Part shown: piece by piece, positions 29,276-39,087 of the stretch
Layout: every line of letters starts with the position of its first letter
How positions within the stretch are numbered: position 1 is the first letter of the stretch
Assembly (NCBI GenBank): GCA_965246715.1
Contig: CBDFFH010000021.1
Span: 128,001 to 192,000 of the forward strand
DNA length: 64,000 bases
From: Chamaesiphon sp.
GTDB lineage: Bacteria > Cyanobacteriota > Cyanobacteriia > Cyanobacteriales > Chamaesiphonaceae
Reading direction: 5' to 3'
Translations under genes and position numbers: made by a program
The notes under the pieces: generated by a model
What the model saw: the letters and a program-made list of their open reading frames with translations, nothing else
Database searches by the model: none
Told to the model about the DNA's origin: nothing

Positions 29276-30430
29276 ATGATTCTACCCTTGCGAATCGCTC
29301 TATTCGTTTATTCCACCCAACCTAGAGGTGGAGTCGTCCACACCTTAGAATTAGCTGAAGCGCTCCATAAACTCGGTCATCAGGTTAGTGTCTATGCCCT
29401 AGCTAAAGACGGCAAAGGTTTCGGGCAGGAGGTTAGCGTGGAAACTCATCTCATTCCCGCTGAGCCAGTCAATGGCGATATTGACACCCTCATTCGCCAA
29501 CGCATTCAAGAATTTGTCGATTATTTGAACGATGCACACCTTCCGGCTCATTCGTACGATTGTTATCACGCCCAAGATTGTATCAGTGCTAATGCGTTGG
29601 CGAGCCTCCGATCGCGTCATCAAATCCCCCATTTCATCCGCACTGTTCATCACATTGAAGCATTCAACAGTCCATATTTACAAACCTGTCAAGACCGATC
29701 GATTCGCGAACCGGATTTATGTTTGTGTGTGAGCGAATATTGGCAACAACAGCTACAGCAAGACTATCGCATCGATGCTAAAAGAGTAATAAATGGAGTT
29801 AATCTCGATCGCTTTTCTTCAATTCCAAACGCTACCGAATCACAATTAAAACAAACGCTAGAACTAAATGGTAATCCAATTTATCTAACCGTCGGTGGCA
29901 TCGAACCTCGGAAGAACTCGATCGCGTTACTGCAAGCTTTCGCTCGTGTTTTACAAAAGTTTCCCCCAGCACAACTCGTCATCGCTGGCGGAGCTACCCT
30001 CTTCGATTATCAATCCTATCGCACCGAATTTTTAGAGATCGCCGATCGATTAAAGATCGTCATCGGACAGGCACTAATTTTGCCGGGAGTCCTCTCTAAT
30101 AGCGAATTATCCACCCTCTACCATACTGCTGATGCATTTGTTTTTCCATCCATCACTGAAGGCTGGGGAATGGTAATTTTGGAAGCAATCGCTGCTGGAT
30201 TGCCTGTGATTACTTCCGATCGTTCACCCTTTACTGAATTTCTCACCCCCCAACAAGCCCTACTTGTCGATCCTCGATCGATCGAAGATATCGCCCAAGC
30301 AATGATTGATATTACTCAACCAGATCTTGCCCACAGTCTCATCCACAACAGCCGATCGATTTGTACCGATTACAGTTGGGAAACGTCTGCTAAAATGCAC
30401 CTTAATTATTATCGATCGGCAATCGTCTAA
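29276..30430 (+). CDS. GT4 glycosyltransferase (MSMEG_0565 family)
   Basis: YSTQPRGGVVHTLELAEAL, HAQDCISANAL, VGGIEPRKN, FPSITEGWGMVILEA. Confidence 0.9.
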   Translation: MILPLRIALFVYSTQPRGGVVHTLELAEALHKLGHQVSVYALAKDGKGFGQEVSVETHLIPAEPVNGDIDTLIRQRIQEFVDYLNDAHLPAHSYDCYHAQDCISANALASLRSRHQIPHFIRTVHHIEAFNSPYLQTCQDRSIREPDLCLCVSEYWQQQLQQDYRIDAKRVINGVNLDRFSSIPNATESQLKQTLELNGNPIYLTVGGIEPRKNSIALLQAFARVLQKFPPAQLVIAGGATLFDYQSYRTEFLEIADRLKIVIGQALILPGVLSNSELSTLYHTADAFVFPSITEGWGMVILEAIAAGLPVITSDRSPFTEFLTPQQALLVDPRSIEDIAQAMIDITQPDLAHSLIHNSRSICTDYSWETSAKMHLNYYRSAIV

Positions 30431-30590
30431 GATGTCCAAAAAGTGGACAGCGGTTGAAACCGCCGCTAGTGATGCGAAGTCCGCCTACGCGGACTAACAG
30501 TTTCTTTAACCTGCGTAGGCAGGTTTTGCAAATGTAGCGGCGATTTTAATCGCTGGGCTACCAAAGATTGGACTTTTCAGATATCCTCTA
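30428..30590. mobile_element. MITE-like element with internal palindromes
   Basis: Imperfect ends aagatgtccaaaaagt / acttttcagatatcct. Internal hairpins agtccgcctacgcggact and aacctgcgtaggcaggtt. Confidence 0.5.
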
Positions 30591-30694
30591 AAATAACTAC
30601 TAAAATAAATAATTTACGAAGCTAAAATAAGATCGGGATTAAACATATGTTTTGCTACTCTACAAAATTGTTACTATTCCCTCACCCCTAAATT

Positions 30695-30982
30695 ATGCCA
30701 GAAATTCGCTTTAAAATTCAATGGCCTGATGGTTCGCAAGAAACCTGTTATTCACCTTCGCTGATTGTCAAAGAATATTTTGATCCAGATCGAGAGTATC
30801 CATTAGCAGATTTTGTCGCTCGATCGCGGACTGCGTTGAATATTGCTAGCGATCGAGTTTTAGCAAAATATGGTAGAGCTTGTGGACTAGCGCTCGGACA
30901 AATAGCGACGATCGAATCTACAGCCGATCGATTTAGTTCGCAGCCAAAACCACTCGTGCGTGTAATCGAATTTATTGAATGA
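30695..30982 (+). CDS. nitG: Nit1C small protein (MSMEG_0570 family)
   Basis: MPEIRFKIQWPDGS.ETCYSPSLIVKEYF...AL.IASDRV..KYG.AC..A signature. Confidence 0.9.
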   Translation: MPEIRFKIQWPDGSQETCYSPSLIVKEYFDPDREYPLADFVARSRTALNIASDRVLAKYGRACGLALGQIATIESTADRFSSQPKPLVRVIEFIE

Positions 30983-31115
30983 AAAACTATTTAGGATTAC
31001 CATAAAGATTAGAAGCCCGCAAATAATCCTCAAATATTTACTATGACTAGCCACTAGTCACTAAAACAATCAGCCATAACTCGATTTAGATGTCGAACAG
31101 CTTATTAAATTAACT

Positions 31116-31742
31116 ATGATAGAATTTTACTACTGGGCAACACCTAACGGTCATAAAATTACAATTTTTCTCGAAGAAGCAGAGTTAGAATATCAGATCT
31201 TTCCCATTGATATCCGGGCCGGAAAACAATTCGATCCGGACTTTCTGAAGATCGCACCCAATAATCGGATTCCGGCAATTATCGATCGCCAGCCGCAAGA
31301 CGGCGGCGAACCAATTTCGGTATTTGAATCGGGGGCGATCCTGCAATATCTAGCTGAGAAAACTGGCAAGTTTCTCCCGACAAATATTCGAGATCGATTG
31401 GTAGCTATGGAATGGTTATTTTGGCAAATGGGTGGATTAGGCCCGATGGCGGGACAAAATCATCACTTCGGACAATATGCCCCAGAAAAAATTCCCTATG
31501 CGATCGAACGCTATGTGAAGGAAACCGCTCGTCTTTATGGCGTGCTAAATCGTCAATTAGCAGGGAAAGATTACATAGCGGGTGAATATTCGATCTCGGA
31601 TATGGCTTGCTATCCGTGGATCGTACCCCATGAAAAGCAGCAACAAAATCTTGCTGATTTTCCCGATCTTCAACGCTGGTTTGAGATAATGCAGCAGCGT
31701 CCGGCGGTAATTCGGGCTTACGAACGAGCAAAGTCATCTTAG
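31116..31742 (+). CDS. Glutathione S-transferase (YfcG/nu class)
   Basis: TPNGHK, PNNRIPAI, FESGAILQYLAEKTG, WQMGGLGPMAGQ. Confidence 0.93.
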   Translation: MIEFYYWATPNGHKITIFLEEAELEYQIFPIDIRAGKQFDPDFLKIAPNNRIPAIIDRQPQDGGEPISVFESGAILQYLAEKTGKFLPTNIRDRLVAMEWLFWQMGGLGPMAGQNHHFGQYAPEKIPYAIERYVKETARLYGVLNRQLAGKDYIAGEYSISDMACYPWIVPHEKQQQNLADFPDLQRWFEIMQQRPAVIRAYERAKSS

Positions 31743-31755
31743 TCCTCCTTGGTCA

Positions 31756-32472
31756 TCAATGCGATCGAACAACTGCTTCATCAAAAAATTTAGTTACCCG
31801 ATCTAACTCCAGATCGGCAAAAGCATCGATCGTCCAATTCGCTCGACGTTGTAGCATGTGAAACGGATAGGTATTGGCGATCGCGACTACCTGGATTCCG
31901 GCTGATTTAGCTGATTGAATTCCTGCAAAAGTATCTTCGATCGCCAGACATTCGCTTGGTAATAGATTTAATTCGGGATTTAATTGATTGAGCATATTTA
32001 CTGCTAGTAAATAGCCCTCTGGATCTGGCTTACTGGCGTTGATATCATCGCCAGTGATGACAGCCTCAAAATAGCGATTGATTTCAGCTTGTTTCAATAC
32101 TAGCTCTGCTTCCGATCGCACCGAACCAGTAACTACTGCTAGCTTATAACTACTGGCGTGCATTTTTTCGATAAACTGAATAACTTCGGGATAAATGGGT
32201 AAGGTGACTAATTGTTGTAATCGCTGGCGATAGATACTTGCTTTTTTGATAACTAGTTTATCTAGATACTCATCAGTTACAAACCGCCCGCACGAATTTA
32301 AGATTTCCCGCAGACAGGAGCGATCGCTCCGACCCACAGACATTTTCCATAGTTCCTTACCTTGTAATGATAAGTTTTCAGCTAGCAATAGCTCTTCAAG
32401 TGCTTGGTGATGAATTGATTCATCATTAATAATCACTCCATTGAAATCGAATAAAACTGCTTTTAGAACCAC
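31756..32472 (-). CDS. HAD-family phosphatase
   Basis: FDFNGVI motif I, VVTG, KPDPEGY, IEDTFAGI. Confidence 0.92.
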   Translation of the reverse strand: MVLKAVLFDFNGVIINDESIHHQALEELLLAENLSLQGKELWKMSVGRSDRSCLREILNSCGRFVTDEYLDKLVIKKASIYRQRLQQLVTLPIYPEVIQFIEKMHASSYKLAVVTGSVRSEAELVLKQAEINRYFEAVITGDDINASKPDPEGYLLAVNMLNQLNPELNLLPSECLAIEDTFAGIQSAKSAGIQVVAIANTYPFHMLQRRANWTIDAFADLELDRVTKFFDEAVVRSH

Positions 32473-32539
32473 GGAAAATTATGAGTTATGAGTTAGGAAT
32501 AGATCTAGCGTGAGCCATTAGATATTTACACAATTTAAA

Positions 32540-33334
32540 TTACGATTTAATTCCACTAGTAACTTGGTTAAGCCAAAATACATCTTTGGTACGAACTTCA
32601 TCAAAGCCAGCTTTACCCATCCAGGCATCGAGATTGCCAGCAGCATATGCCTGAATGTACGGCTCCTCAAACACATTATTCAACCACTCCAGATTGCGGA
32701 GTGTGCCCTGATTGCCATCGAGAATCAGGATTTGTCCGCCTGGAGCGAGCAATCGATAGCTTTCCGCAAGAATTGCTTGCGTAATCGCTGGGGGCGTTTC
32801 GTGGAACAACAGCGCTGCAGTTACTAGATCGAAACTTGCAGGGGCGAATGGAGTTGCTTCAGCGGTGCCTTGCTCCCAAACGATTTCCAGATGAGCCTGC
32901 TGCGCTTTATCGCGGGCGACTGCCAACATGTAAGGAGATAAGTCTAAACCCGTCACGGTGGCAGTGGGAAAGGCTTGTTTGATTAAAAGGGTAGTCGAAC
33001 CAGTTCCACAGCCCAAATCGAGAATTTGCTGTGGTTGGGCGCGAATCTCTGTAACCAAGCTCTGACGTACCCAAGATTCGAATGGCGGTAACACGTACTG
33101 AGTAATCGGATCGTAGGTAATCGCGGCTGTTTGAGTGAGATACCCACCTTCGATCCCGTGAAAGTTTTGCGTATGATAGTAGTCAGGGTAACTCGATTTT
33201 GACACTCGATCGGTTGAGATTTCACGCTCCCAGTCAATGCGATCGCGCAGTTTGAGAATTTGCTCTCGATCGATTAATCCCTGGATCAAGGGTGAAAGAA
33301 ACCGATCCCACAGGGTATCTTGTTTGACAGCCAT
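32540..33334 (-). CDS. Class I SAM-dependent methyltransferase
   Basis: ILDLGCGTGS, GLDLSPYML, FDLV, LFHETP. Confidence 0.9.
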   Translation of the reverse strand: MAVKQDTLWDRFLSPLIQGLIDREQILKLRDRIDWEREISTDRVSKSSYPDYYHTQNFHGIEGGYLTQTAAITYDPITQYVLPPFESWVRQSLVTEIRAQPQQILDLGCGTGSTTLLIKQAFPTATVTGLDLSPYMLAVARDKAQQAHLEIVWEQGTAEATPFAPASFDLVTAALLFHETPPAITQAILAESYRLLAPGGQILILDGNQGTLRNLEWLNNVFEEPYIQAYAAGNLDAWMGKAGFDEVRTKDVFWLNQVTSGIKS

Positions 33335-33438
33335 AATTAAATCGATTGAAGAGTTGGCACCTATGTCATATTGTAGGCAATTTTCTTTGGTTGTAGCCTG
33401 GAGAGTCGCAAAATCGAGTTGTAGTTAATTAGTAGTTT

Positions 33439-35355
33439 ATGACTTATCAAGAATTAGAGATCGATACATCCCACCCAGTATTATCTTGGGCAGGACACGA
33501 CCTGGCTCAACAAGAAACCCGAATGGCAAAAAATGTTGCCTCACTACCATTCGTATTTAGGCATGTTGCGTTAATGCCCGACGTTCATCTCGGCAAAGGT
33601 GCGTTAGTAGGTTCGGTGATTGCGACTAAAGATGCCATCATCCCAGCGGCTGTCGGTGTTGACATCGGTTGCTTTGTGGGCGCTACTCTGATTCCGTTAG
33701 TTGATGGTAAATCATGTCCGATTGCAGAACTCGCGCAAACGGATGAAGAGTTTATTGTCTATGCTTGTACTGCTACAGGTAAGATTATTGCTGCAAAAGC
33801 AACTGCTAGACTTACCAAGAAAAATGCCGCTTTAATTAAAGTGACATTAGATAATCACGAAGAAATTATTTGTACGCCAGATCATCAATTTATGCTCCGC
33901 GATGGTAGTTATCAGGAAGCTCAAAACCTGCAACGTGGTGAGTCGCTGATGTCTTTTTATTCTAAGGTAGATCGAAATGGCGATCTGCTCATCTCCCAGC
34001 CAGATTCGGGACTATGGCAACAAGCCCACTCGATCGTTGCTAGAGCTGGATTTTTGAGTGAGATTCCGCATTTTGCAGGACAAAAAACAGTCATTCATCA
34101 CCGTGATTGCAAGCAATCCGCTCGTTGTCCAGCGCATCTAGAATTTACGGGGAATAGAGACTATTCTCCAGATCGTTGTAGTTTAGTCGATCGAGATCGA
34201 TCTGTAGAGCGAAGTTACATCGGTGATATTTACGAACCGGAACTAAGATCGCTAATTGGGCGACACAATCAGCGGAAGCAAGAGTATAAATCTAACCACA
34301 AGGTTGCATCGATCGAGAGATTAAAGTATGGAGAAAATGTTTACTGCTTGACAGTTCCAGGCTATAACAATTTTGCTTTATCAGCAGGTGTCTTCGTTCA
34401 CAATTGCGGGATGACGGCGATTCAGACACCATTTGTCGAAAGTCAACTAGATGGTAAACTCAAAAAAATTCGGCTCGATCTCGAAGCCCAAATTCCGGTT
34501 GGCTTTGAAGAAAATAAGCAAATTGCTAAAGATGTCACTAATTGGCAAGGCTGGCAAGATTTTAAAGAATTGCATCGTGGCGTGCGCGGGTTGGAAAATA
34601 AAGCCACTCGTCAACTCGGTTCGCTCGGTGGTGGCAATCACTTTATCGAAGTCTGTATCGATACCGAACATCAAGTTTGGTTGATGCTGCACTCCGGATC
34701 GCGCAATGTGGGCAATAAATTAGCCCAATGCCATATCGATACAGCTAAGGATCTGGCTAAATTAGCCGAAACTAGTTTACCCGATCGAGACTTGGCTTAT
34801 TTTGTGGCTGGTACGCCCGAATTTCAAGCCTATTGGCGCGATTTACAATGGGCACAGGACTATGCCAAAGCCAACCGTGAGGTGATGATGTCGCGCTTTA
34901 TGCGGGTGATGGAACAACATCTCAATGGTGGTAAGAAGATTAAGCCATTACTGACGATCGATTGTCATCATAATTATGCCGAAAAAGAGGTGCATTTTGG
35001 TGAGGAAGTGTACGTTACTCGCAAAGGTGCCGTGCGCGCTCGAACGGAAGATTATGGAATTATTCCTGGCTCGATGGGCGCGAAATCTTATATCGTCAAA
35101 GGCAAAGGTAACGCCCAGAGTTTCTGTAGCTGTTCGCACGGTGCTGGCAGAATTATGTCACGATCGATGGCCAAAAATACCTACACGCTCGACGATTTGA
35201 TCTCCCAAACTGCTGGTGTAGAATGTCGCAAAGATACCGAATTAATCGATGAAATTCCGGCTGCTTATAAACCGATCGAGCAAGTAATGACCAACCAATC
35301 AGACTTAGTAGAAGTAGTTGCCACACTCAAGCAAGTAGTCTGCATCAAAGGTTGA
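33439..35355 (+). CDS. rtcB: RtcB RNA ligase containing an intein (393-aa extein)
   Basis: MPDVHLGKG, VGVDIG|C, GSLGGGNHFIE, LHSGSRN, HHNYA, RKGA, IPGSMG, SCSHGAGR, DEIPAAYK. Confidence 0.95.
   Translation: MTYQELEIDTSHPVLSWAGHDLAQQETRMAKNVASLPFVFRHVALMPDVHLGKGALVGSVIATKDAIIPAAVGVDIGCFVGATLIPLVDGKSCPIAELAQTDEEFIVYACTATGKIIAAKATARLTKKNAALIKVTLDNHEEIICTPDHQFMLRDGSYQEAQNLQRGESLMSFYSKVDRNGDLLISQPDSGLWQQAHSIVARAGFLSEIPHFAGQKTVIHHRDCKQSARCPAHLEFTGNRDYSPDRCSLVDRDRSVERSYIGDIYEPELRSLIGRHNQRKQEYKSNHKVASIERLKYGENVYCLTVPGYNNFALSAGVFVHNCGMTAIQTPFVESQLDGKLKKIRLDLEAQIPVGFEENKQIAKDVTNWQGWQDFKELHRGVRGLENKATRQLGSLGGGNHFIEVCIDTEHQVWLMLHSGSRNVGNKLAQCHIDTAKDLAKLAETSLPDRDLAYFVAGTPEFQAYWRDLQWAQDYAKANREVMMSRFMRVMEQHLNGGKKIKPLLTIDCHHNYAEKEVHFGEEVYVTRKGAVRARTEDYGIIPGSMGAKSYIVKGKGNAQSFCSCSHGAGRIMSRSMAKNTYTLDDLISQTAGVECRKDTELIDEIPAAYKPIEQVMTNQSDLVEVVATLKQVVCIKG
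33670..34404 (+). mobile_element. Intein (245 aa) with degenerate HNH-like region
   Basis: Starts CFVGATLI (block A), has CTPDHQF (block B), ends VYCLTVPGYNNFALSAGVFVHN, followed by extein Cys. Confidence 0.95.
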
Positions 35356-35400
35356 AGATCCAGGGTACCCACAAGAGGTACCCCTATAGGTTAATTTTGT

Positions 35401-35513
35401 GGTGTTGCTGAATGGAGGTATGAAACCTTGGGTAGGGGCAATTCATGAATTGCCCCTACCCAAGGTTGTAGAGATCGCATAATTGATGAATCATACCTAG
35501 AATCAGCAACGCC
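35401..35513. mobile_element. MITE-like element with central REP-like palindrome
   Basis: Ends ggtgttgctgaatggaggtatga / tcatacctagaatcagcaacgcc. Core ccttgggtaggggcaattcatgaattgcccctacccaagg is a perfect palindrome. A related left end occurs at 11722. Confidence 0.7.
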
Positions 35514-35541
35514 GAAAATCAACCGATCGCTGATAAAAATA

Positions 35542-35581
35542 GCCGAGGCGATTGCTAGTATATCCTAGCGATTGCCTCGGC
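35542..35581 (-). terminator. Terminator hairpin of the PEP-CTERM gene
   Basis: gccgaggcgattgctag...ctagcgattgcctcggc stem, followed by a T-run on the minus strand. Confidence 0.6.
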
Positions 35582-35608
35582 GATGATTAGTGAATATAAA
35601 ATCAGATT

Positions 35609-36775
35609 TTAGTCCTCTTGTGATGCTATCGCGCTCGATTTTGCAAGCTTGCGTTTGTGTGTGACGATCGTCACAACCCCAAACGCCGTACAGATAAATG
35701 TACCCAAGTAATTTTCAGGTTCGGGGACAGCAGTAGCCGGTGTGTTAAACGCCGCAAAAGAGACAGCGGAACGATCCCAGCCAACAGCATCGAAGGCGCG
35801 GATATCATTAATCGTAAATTGCAACAACTCTCCCGCCGCAGTCACTGGATCCATAATGCCTAATGAAGCACTAACTTCCTGCCAGTGTTGTGCCTGACGG
35901 CCATCTCCATTGATTACGCCGGTTGCTAAGGAAGCAATTTTTGTCTTGCCACCATCGAGCGAGAAATATTTGTCAGTGGTACCGACAGTAAAATCGACTG
36001 CTGACTCAGCGGTACTATCAGTAGAATACCGGAATAAGTCTAGGGGCACAAGACTATAATCGCTCGCTTTCAATTTACCCCCACTGGCATCTAGTGCATC
36101 GACAGCACTATTAAAACCTAATGCGTGACCGATTTCATGTGCGGCAACCCCAACAAAATCATAGTGCCCCGCCGCAATATTTACACCATAATCCCAAATA
36201 TATCCAGTATCATTAAGCGAAATTGTCGCATCGACGATCGGCTGATTGGTAGTTGGGTCGATTGGTGCAGTAGTGATGAGCTTTAGTGCTTTGGCATTGG
36301 CAGTCGTCATGGCCACCCGATCTCCACTAGTAACATATGTAGTTGTGCTACCAGCTCCGTTAGGATTATCGCTGGTATAGTTAGTTCGTTTTTGATAAGC
36401 TCCGTTACTGGAGATGGAGAGACTTGCGACAGCATTATTGTCATCTGTCGATGTTTTGTCTGTATTGAGAGCAGCGTAAACATCACTATAGTTAAAATAC
36501 CCAGATGCCAGATTAGCAACGCCCAAAGTGCCTGCACCGATATCTGTAAAATTAATCTTGATATTGAGGGTAACGGGATCGGTAAACCATGTAGACCATA
36601 AATTTCCAGCTTCTTGAAATCCTAGATATTGCTGACTAGTCGTAGTAATTCCAGTTCCAGCGATAAAGTTGAATGTCAGAGCAGTGGCAGGTGTAACAGC
36701 ACCACTGCCGATCGCACTCAAGACTATTCCCGTCATCATTACAAGTCGCTGGAGTTCTCTACGGCAGATTTTCAT
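35609..36775 (-). CDS. Secreted zinc metalloprotease-like PEP-CTERM protein
   Basis: Signal peptide (..PATA|LTF), HEIGHALG zincin motif, downstream QHW and IMDP, C-terminal VPEP + hydrophobic helix + basic HKRK tail. Confidence 0.85.
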   Translation of the reverse strand: MKICRRELQRLVMMTGIVLSAIGSGAVTPATALTFNFIAGTGITTTSQQYLGFQEAGNLWSTWFTDPVTLNIKINFTDIGAGTLGVANLASGYFNYSDVYAALNTDKTSTDDNNAVASLSISSNGAYQKRTNYTSDNPNGAGSTTTYVTSGDRVAMTTANAKALKLITTAPIDPTTNQPIVDATISLNDTGYIWDYGVNIAAGHYDFVGVAAHEIGHALGFNSAVDALDASGGKLKASDYSLVPLDLFRYSTDSTAESAVDFTVGTTDKYFSLDGGKTKIASLATGVINGDGRQAQHWQEVSASLGIMDPVTAAGELLQFTINDIRAFDAVGWDRSAVSFAAFNTPATAVPEPENYLGTFICTAFGVVTIVTHKRKLAKSSAIASQED

Positions 36776-36886
36776 GGGCTGTAGTCTAAGATAATTTAGT
36801 AGTCTTCATTAATTATCCGATCGAAATGACAAACATACCATCGTAATAATACGCGATTTTTAATAGCTGTACTCGTAAAAACACGC

Positions 36887-36916
36887 AAAAAACGCGGTGG
36901 CCGAATGGCTACCGCG
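36887..36916 (-). terminator. Intrinsic terminator of the hli gene
   Basis: cgcggtggcc-gaat-ggctaccgcg hairpin with T6 on the minus strand. Confidence 0.7.
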
Positions 36917-36966
36917 AGGAAAAAAGATAAGAAAAACTGTGATGGAGCGATCGTGCTAACTCGAAA

Positions 36967-37176
36967 CTACAGATTGGCGATGAAGCCGACGATACCATGT
37001 CCGGTCAAAACTTCTTGAATTAATAGCGCGACGAACCCAATCATTGCCATGCGACCGTTAAGTTTCTCAGCATAGTCAGTCCAGCCAGCTTGAGGCCCAT
37101 CTGTAACGTACATTTTTGGCTCGATCGCAAAATTATTTTCTCTGCCGTCGTTATCGATAAAAATTTTGTTTTGCAT
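36967..37176 (-). CDS. hli: High-light-inducible protein (HLIP / small CAB-like)
   Basis: [10 protein letters not shown] and [13 protein letters not shown] chlorophyll-binding motif; 69 aa. Confidence 0.95.
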   Translation of the reverse strand: MQNKIFIDNDGRENNFAIEPKMYVTDGPQAGWTDYAEKLNGRMAMIGFVALLIQEVLTGHGIVGFIANL

Positions 37177-37215
37177 GGCTGTGTTCCTGAGCAGTTATTT
37201 TTATAATTGTTTCGC

Positions 37216-37233
37216 TATGTAAACTAATATAAC
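37216..37233 (-). promoter_or_regulatory. HLR1-like (RpaB) site upstream of hli
   Basis: Minus strand reads GTTATATT-AG-TTTACATA, one mismatch from (G/T)TTACA(T/A)(T/A)-NN-(G/T)TTACA(T/A)(T/A). Confidence 0.6.
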
Positions 37234-37394
37234 AGAAGCTTTACATAAAAGCAAGCTTTGTTTACAAATAAACTATTGGGTGGGTCAGCGCAACCGCCAA
37301 ACAGGTTTGCTAGCAGTGTCAGCCCGAGCGTTGAAGGTGTCAGCCCAGACGATCCTGCTAGCCTTGACCGTAATTTCATTCCACCTGGGTTATG

Positions 37395-38252
37395 TCATTG
37401 AGTGTGCCAAGGTTGTAAATATTGCTTTAATGTAGTTTTTGTTTTTACTGAAATCTTGTTGCCCTCTGGGTTTACGCTGCCGTCAATTACTGCTGTGGTC
37501 ATTTCAATGAAATTCTCGATCGCATTCTGCGTGAAGCCAATGCTTGCTAATTGCTGTTCCCAGTTGGCTCTTGGCGTTTGACGGGCCTCAACTTTGCGCC
37601 CCAGAATTTCGCCCATAGTTTCAGCAACATCGATCGAGCTATACCATTGGGGGCTTTCTAATTCATAGATTGGCGAATCTTCGATCGGTTCGACGATCGT
37701 ATCAGCTAAAAATTCTGCTACATCTACCGGCGATGTCATGGGGATCTTTAGATCTACAGGGTAAAAAGTTGGTAATAACCCTTGCTCCTTTACCGGATCC
37801 AAATAGGGTAGCCAGTTGCTGTAAAAGTAAGCAGGACGGACAAAAATTTGCTGTGCTTGTAGTCCTGTAAAAGCCCGTTCGAGCATAGCCGACATCTTCA
37901 GATTACCAGCTTGAGATTGTGCCCCGATCGAGGATAAGCCTACTATTTTCTCAATCTGCGATGACTCGATCGCCGCTCTGTAGTTATCCAAAATAGTTTG
38001 CGTATCGCCGATTACATCATTGGAACTTCCGGTTTCTGGTGTAAGCACAAACACCGCACTACCATCTTTAAATGCTGAATGTAATGCATGCAAGTCAAAC
38101 GCGTCAGCCACCGCTACCAGTGCCCCTTTGTGTCGGAGTTCGTCGGCTTTTTTTGGGTTATGGATGACTGCTTTTATAGGTTTGTTTTGTTTGAGTAATC
38201 GATCGACTATTGCCGAACCAACTTGTCCGGTTGCTCCTAAGATGATATTCAT
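37395..38252 (-). CDS. NmrA-like NAD(P)-binding protein
   Basis: ILGATGQVG Rossmann motif, LSSIGA, RPAYFYSNW. The ORF extends to 38276. Confidence 0.85.
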   Translation of the reverse strand: MNIILGATGQVGSAIVDRLLKQNKPIKAVIHNPKKADELRHKGALVAVADAFDLHALHSAFKDGSAVFVLTPETGSSNDVIGDTQTILDNYRAAIESSQIEKIVGLSSIGAQSQAGNLKMSAMLERAFTGLQAQQIFVRPAYFYSNWLPYLDPVKEQGLLPTFYPVDLKIPMTSPVDVAEFLADTIVEPIEDSPIYELESPQWYSSIDVAETMGEILGRKVEARQTPRANWEQQLASIGFTQNAIENFIEMTTAVIDGSVNPEGNKISVKTKTTLKQYLQPWHTQ

Positions 38253-38344
38253 AATTTTTAGGTTCCAGTGATTCAAGCCTCTAAACTGCTACTGAATGCA
38301 ACTCAAGTCAAGCTGTGACCGATCCCTACCTTCTGGCGCTCCTG

Positions 38345-38473
38345 TTAGTCGATCGCATAGGTATCTACCACAAAAAACGGTGATTGTGGTTGCTCTGCAA
38401 ACTCTGGCTGCGGATACTGCTTGAGCGGATCTTGGATCGCATATTGATTCTTGGTCGTAGTCACGTTGTTCAT
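38345..38473 (-). pseudogene. 5' remnant of a YghA/general-stress SDR oxidoreductase
   Basis: MNNVTTTKNQYAIQDPLKQYPQPEFAEQPQSP resembles the N-terminal extension of these SDRs; the frame stops after 42 aa. Confidence 0.5.
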
Positions 38474-38509
38474 GGGTCGATGGTGAGATGAATGTTGAGA
38501 TCTACGGTA

Positions 38510-39019
38510 CTATTGCAAATCGACTTTGGCGTGCTCGGTGGAATTGTCTGGCTCACCAATAGTTGCCGCTTTGACAAAACCTACGGCTTTGGCCACCCAA
38601 CTGGCGGGGGCATCCCAGTACTCAGCATTGGTAGCGGTTACTTTGAGTAGGGCGATATCGGGTTCGTCGAGTTCCTGAGGAAACCAGGCTTTGAGTTCTG
38701 GCTTCCAGCGTTGTTGCATTTGGGCGCGATCTTTGACCAGTTCTGCGGTGCCACAGATGGATACATAGCACTGTTTGTCGGGTGCTGCGAAGCTGACGTT
38801 GACGTGGTTATTTTTGTTTACTTCGGTCACTTTATGCGAACTACCGTAAGTAAAAAACCACATGTCGCAATTTGCTTCGATTTCGCCATTGATAGCCATC
38901 GGACGGCTCCGCAGACAGCCATCATCATCGAGGGTCGTCAACATGCAGAAGTCGATATCTTTAATCAGGTCGCGGATTTTGTCGATCGATTGATTCTTGT
39001 TATCGGTTGTAGTTGTCAT
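38510..39019 (-). CDS. General stress protein 26 / pyridoxamine 5'-phosphate oxidase-like protein
   Basis: IKDIDFCMLTT, LRSRPM, MWFFT, YVSI.G.A, KAWFP, AEYWD. Confidence 0.9.
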   Translation of the reverse strand: MTTTTDNKNQSIDKIRDLIKDIDFCMLTTLDDDGCLRSRPMAINGEIEANCDMWFFTYGSSHKVTEVNKNNHVNVSFAAPDKQCYVSICGTAELVKDRAQMQQRWKPELKAWFPQELDEPDIALLKVTATNAEYWDAPASWVAKAVGFVKAATIGEPDNSTEHAKVDLQ

Positions 39020-39087
39020 TAGTTTGAGTCCTGATGTTAGGTGTATATACTGCGTTATCGCTTCGATTTAGATGGTTTTGGGGTAAC

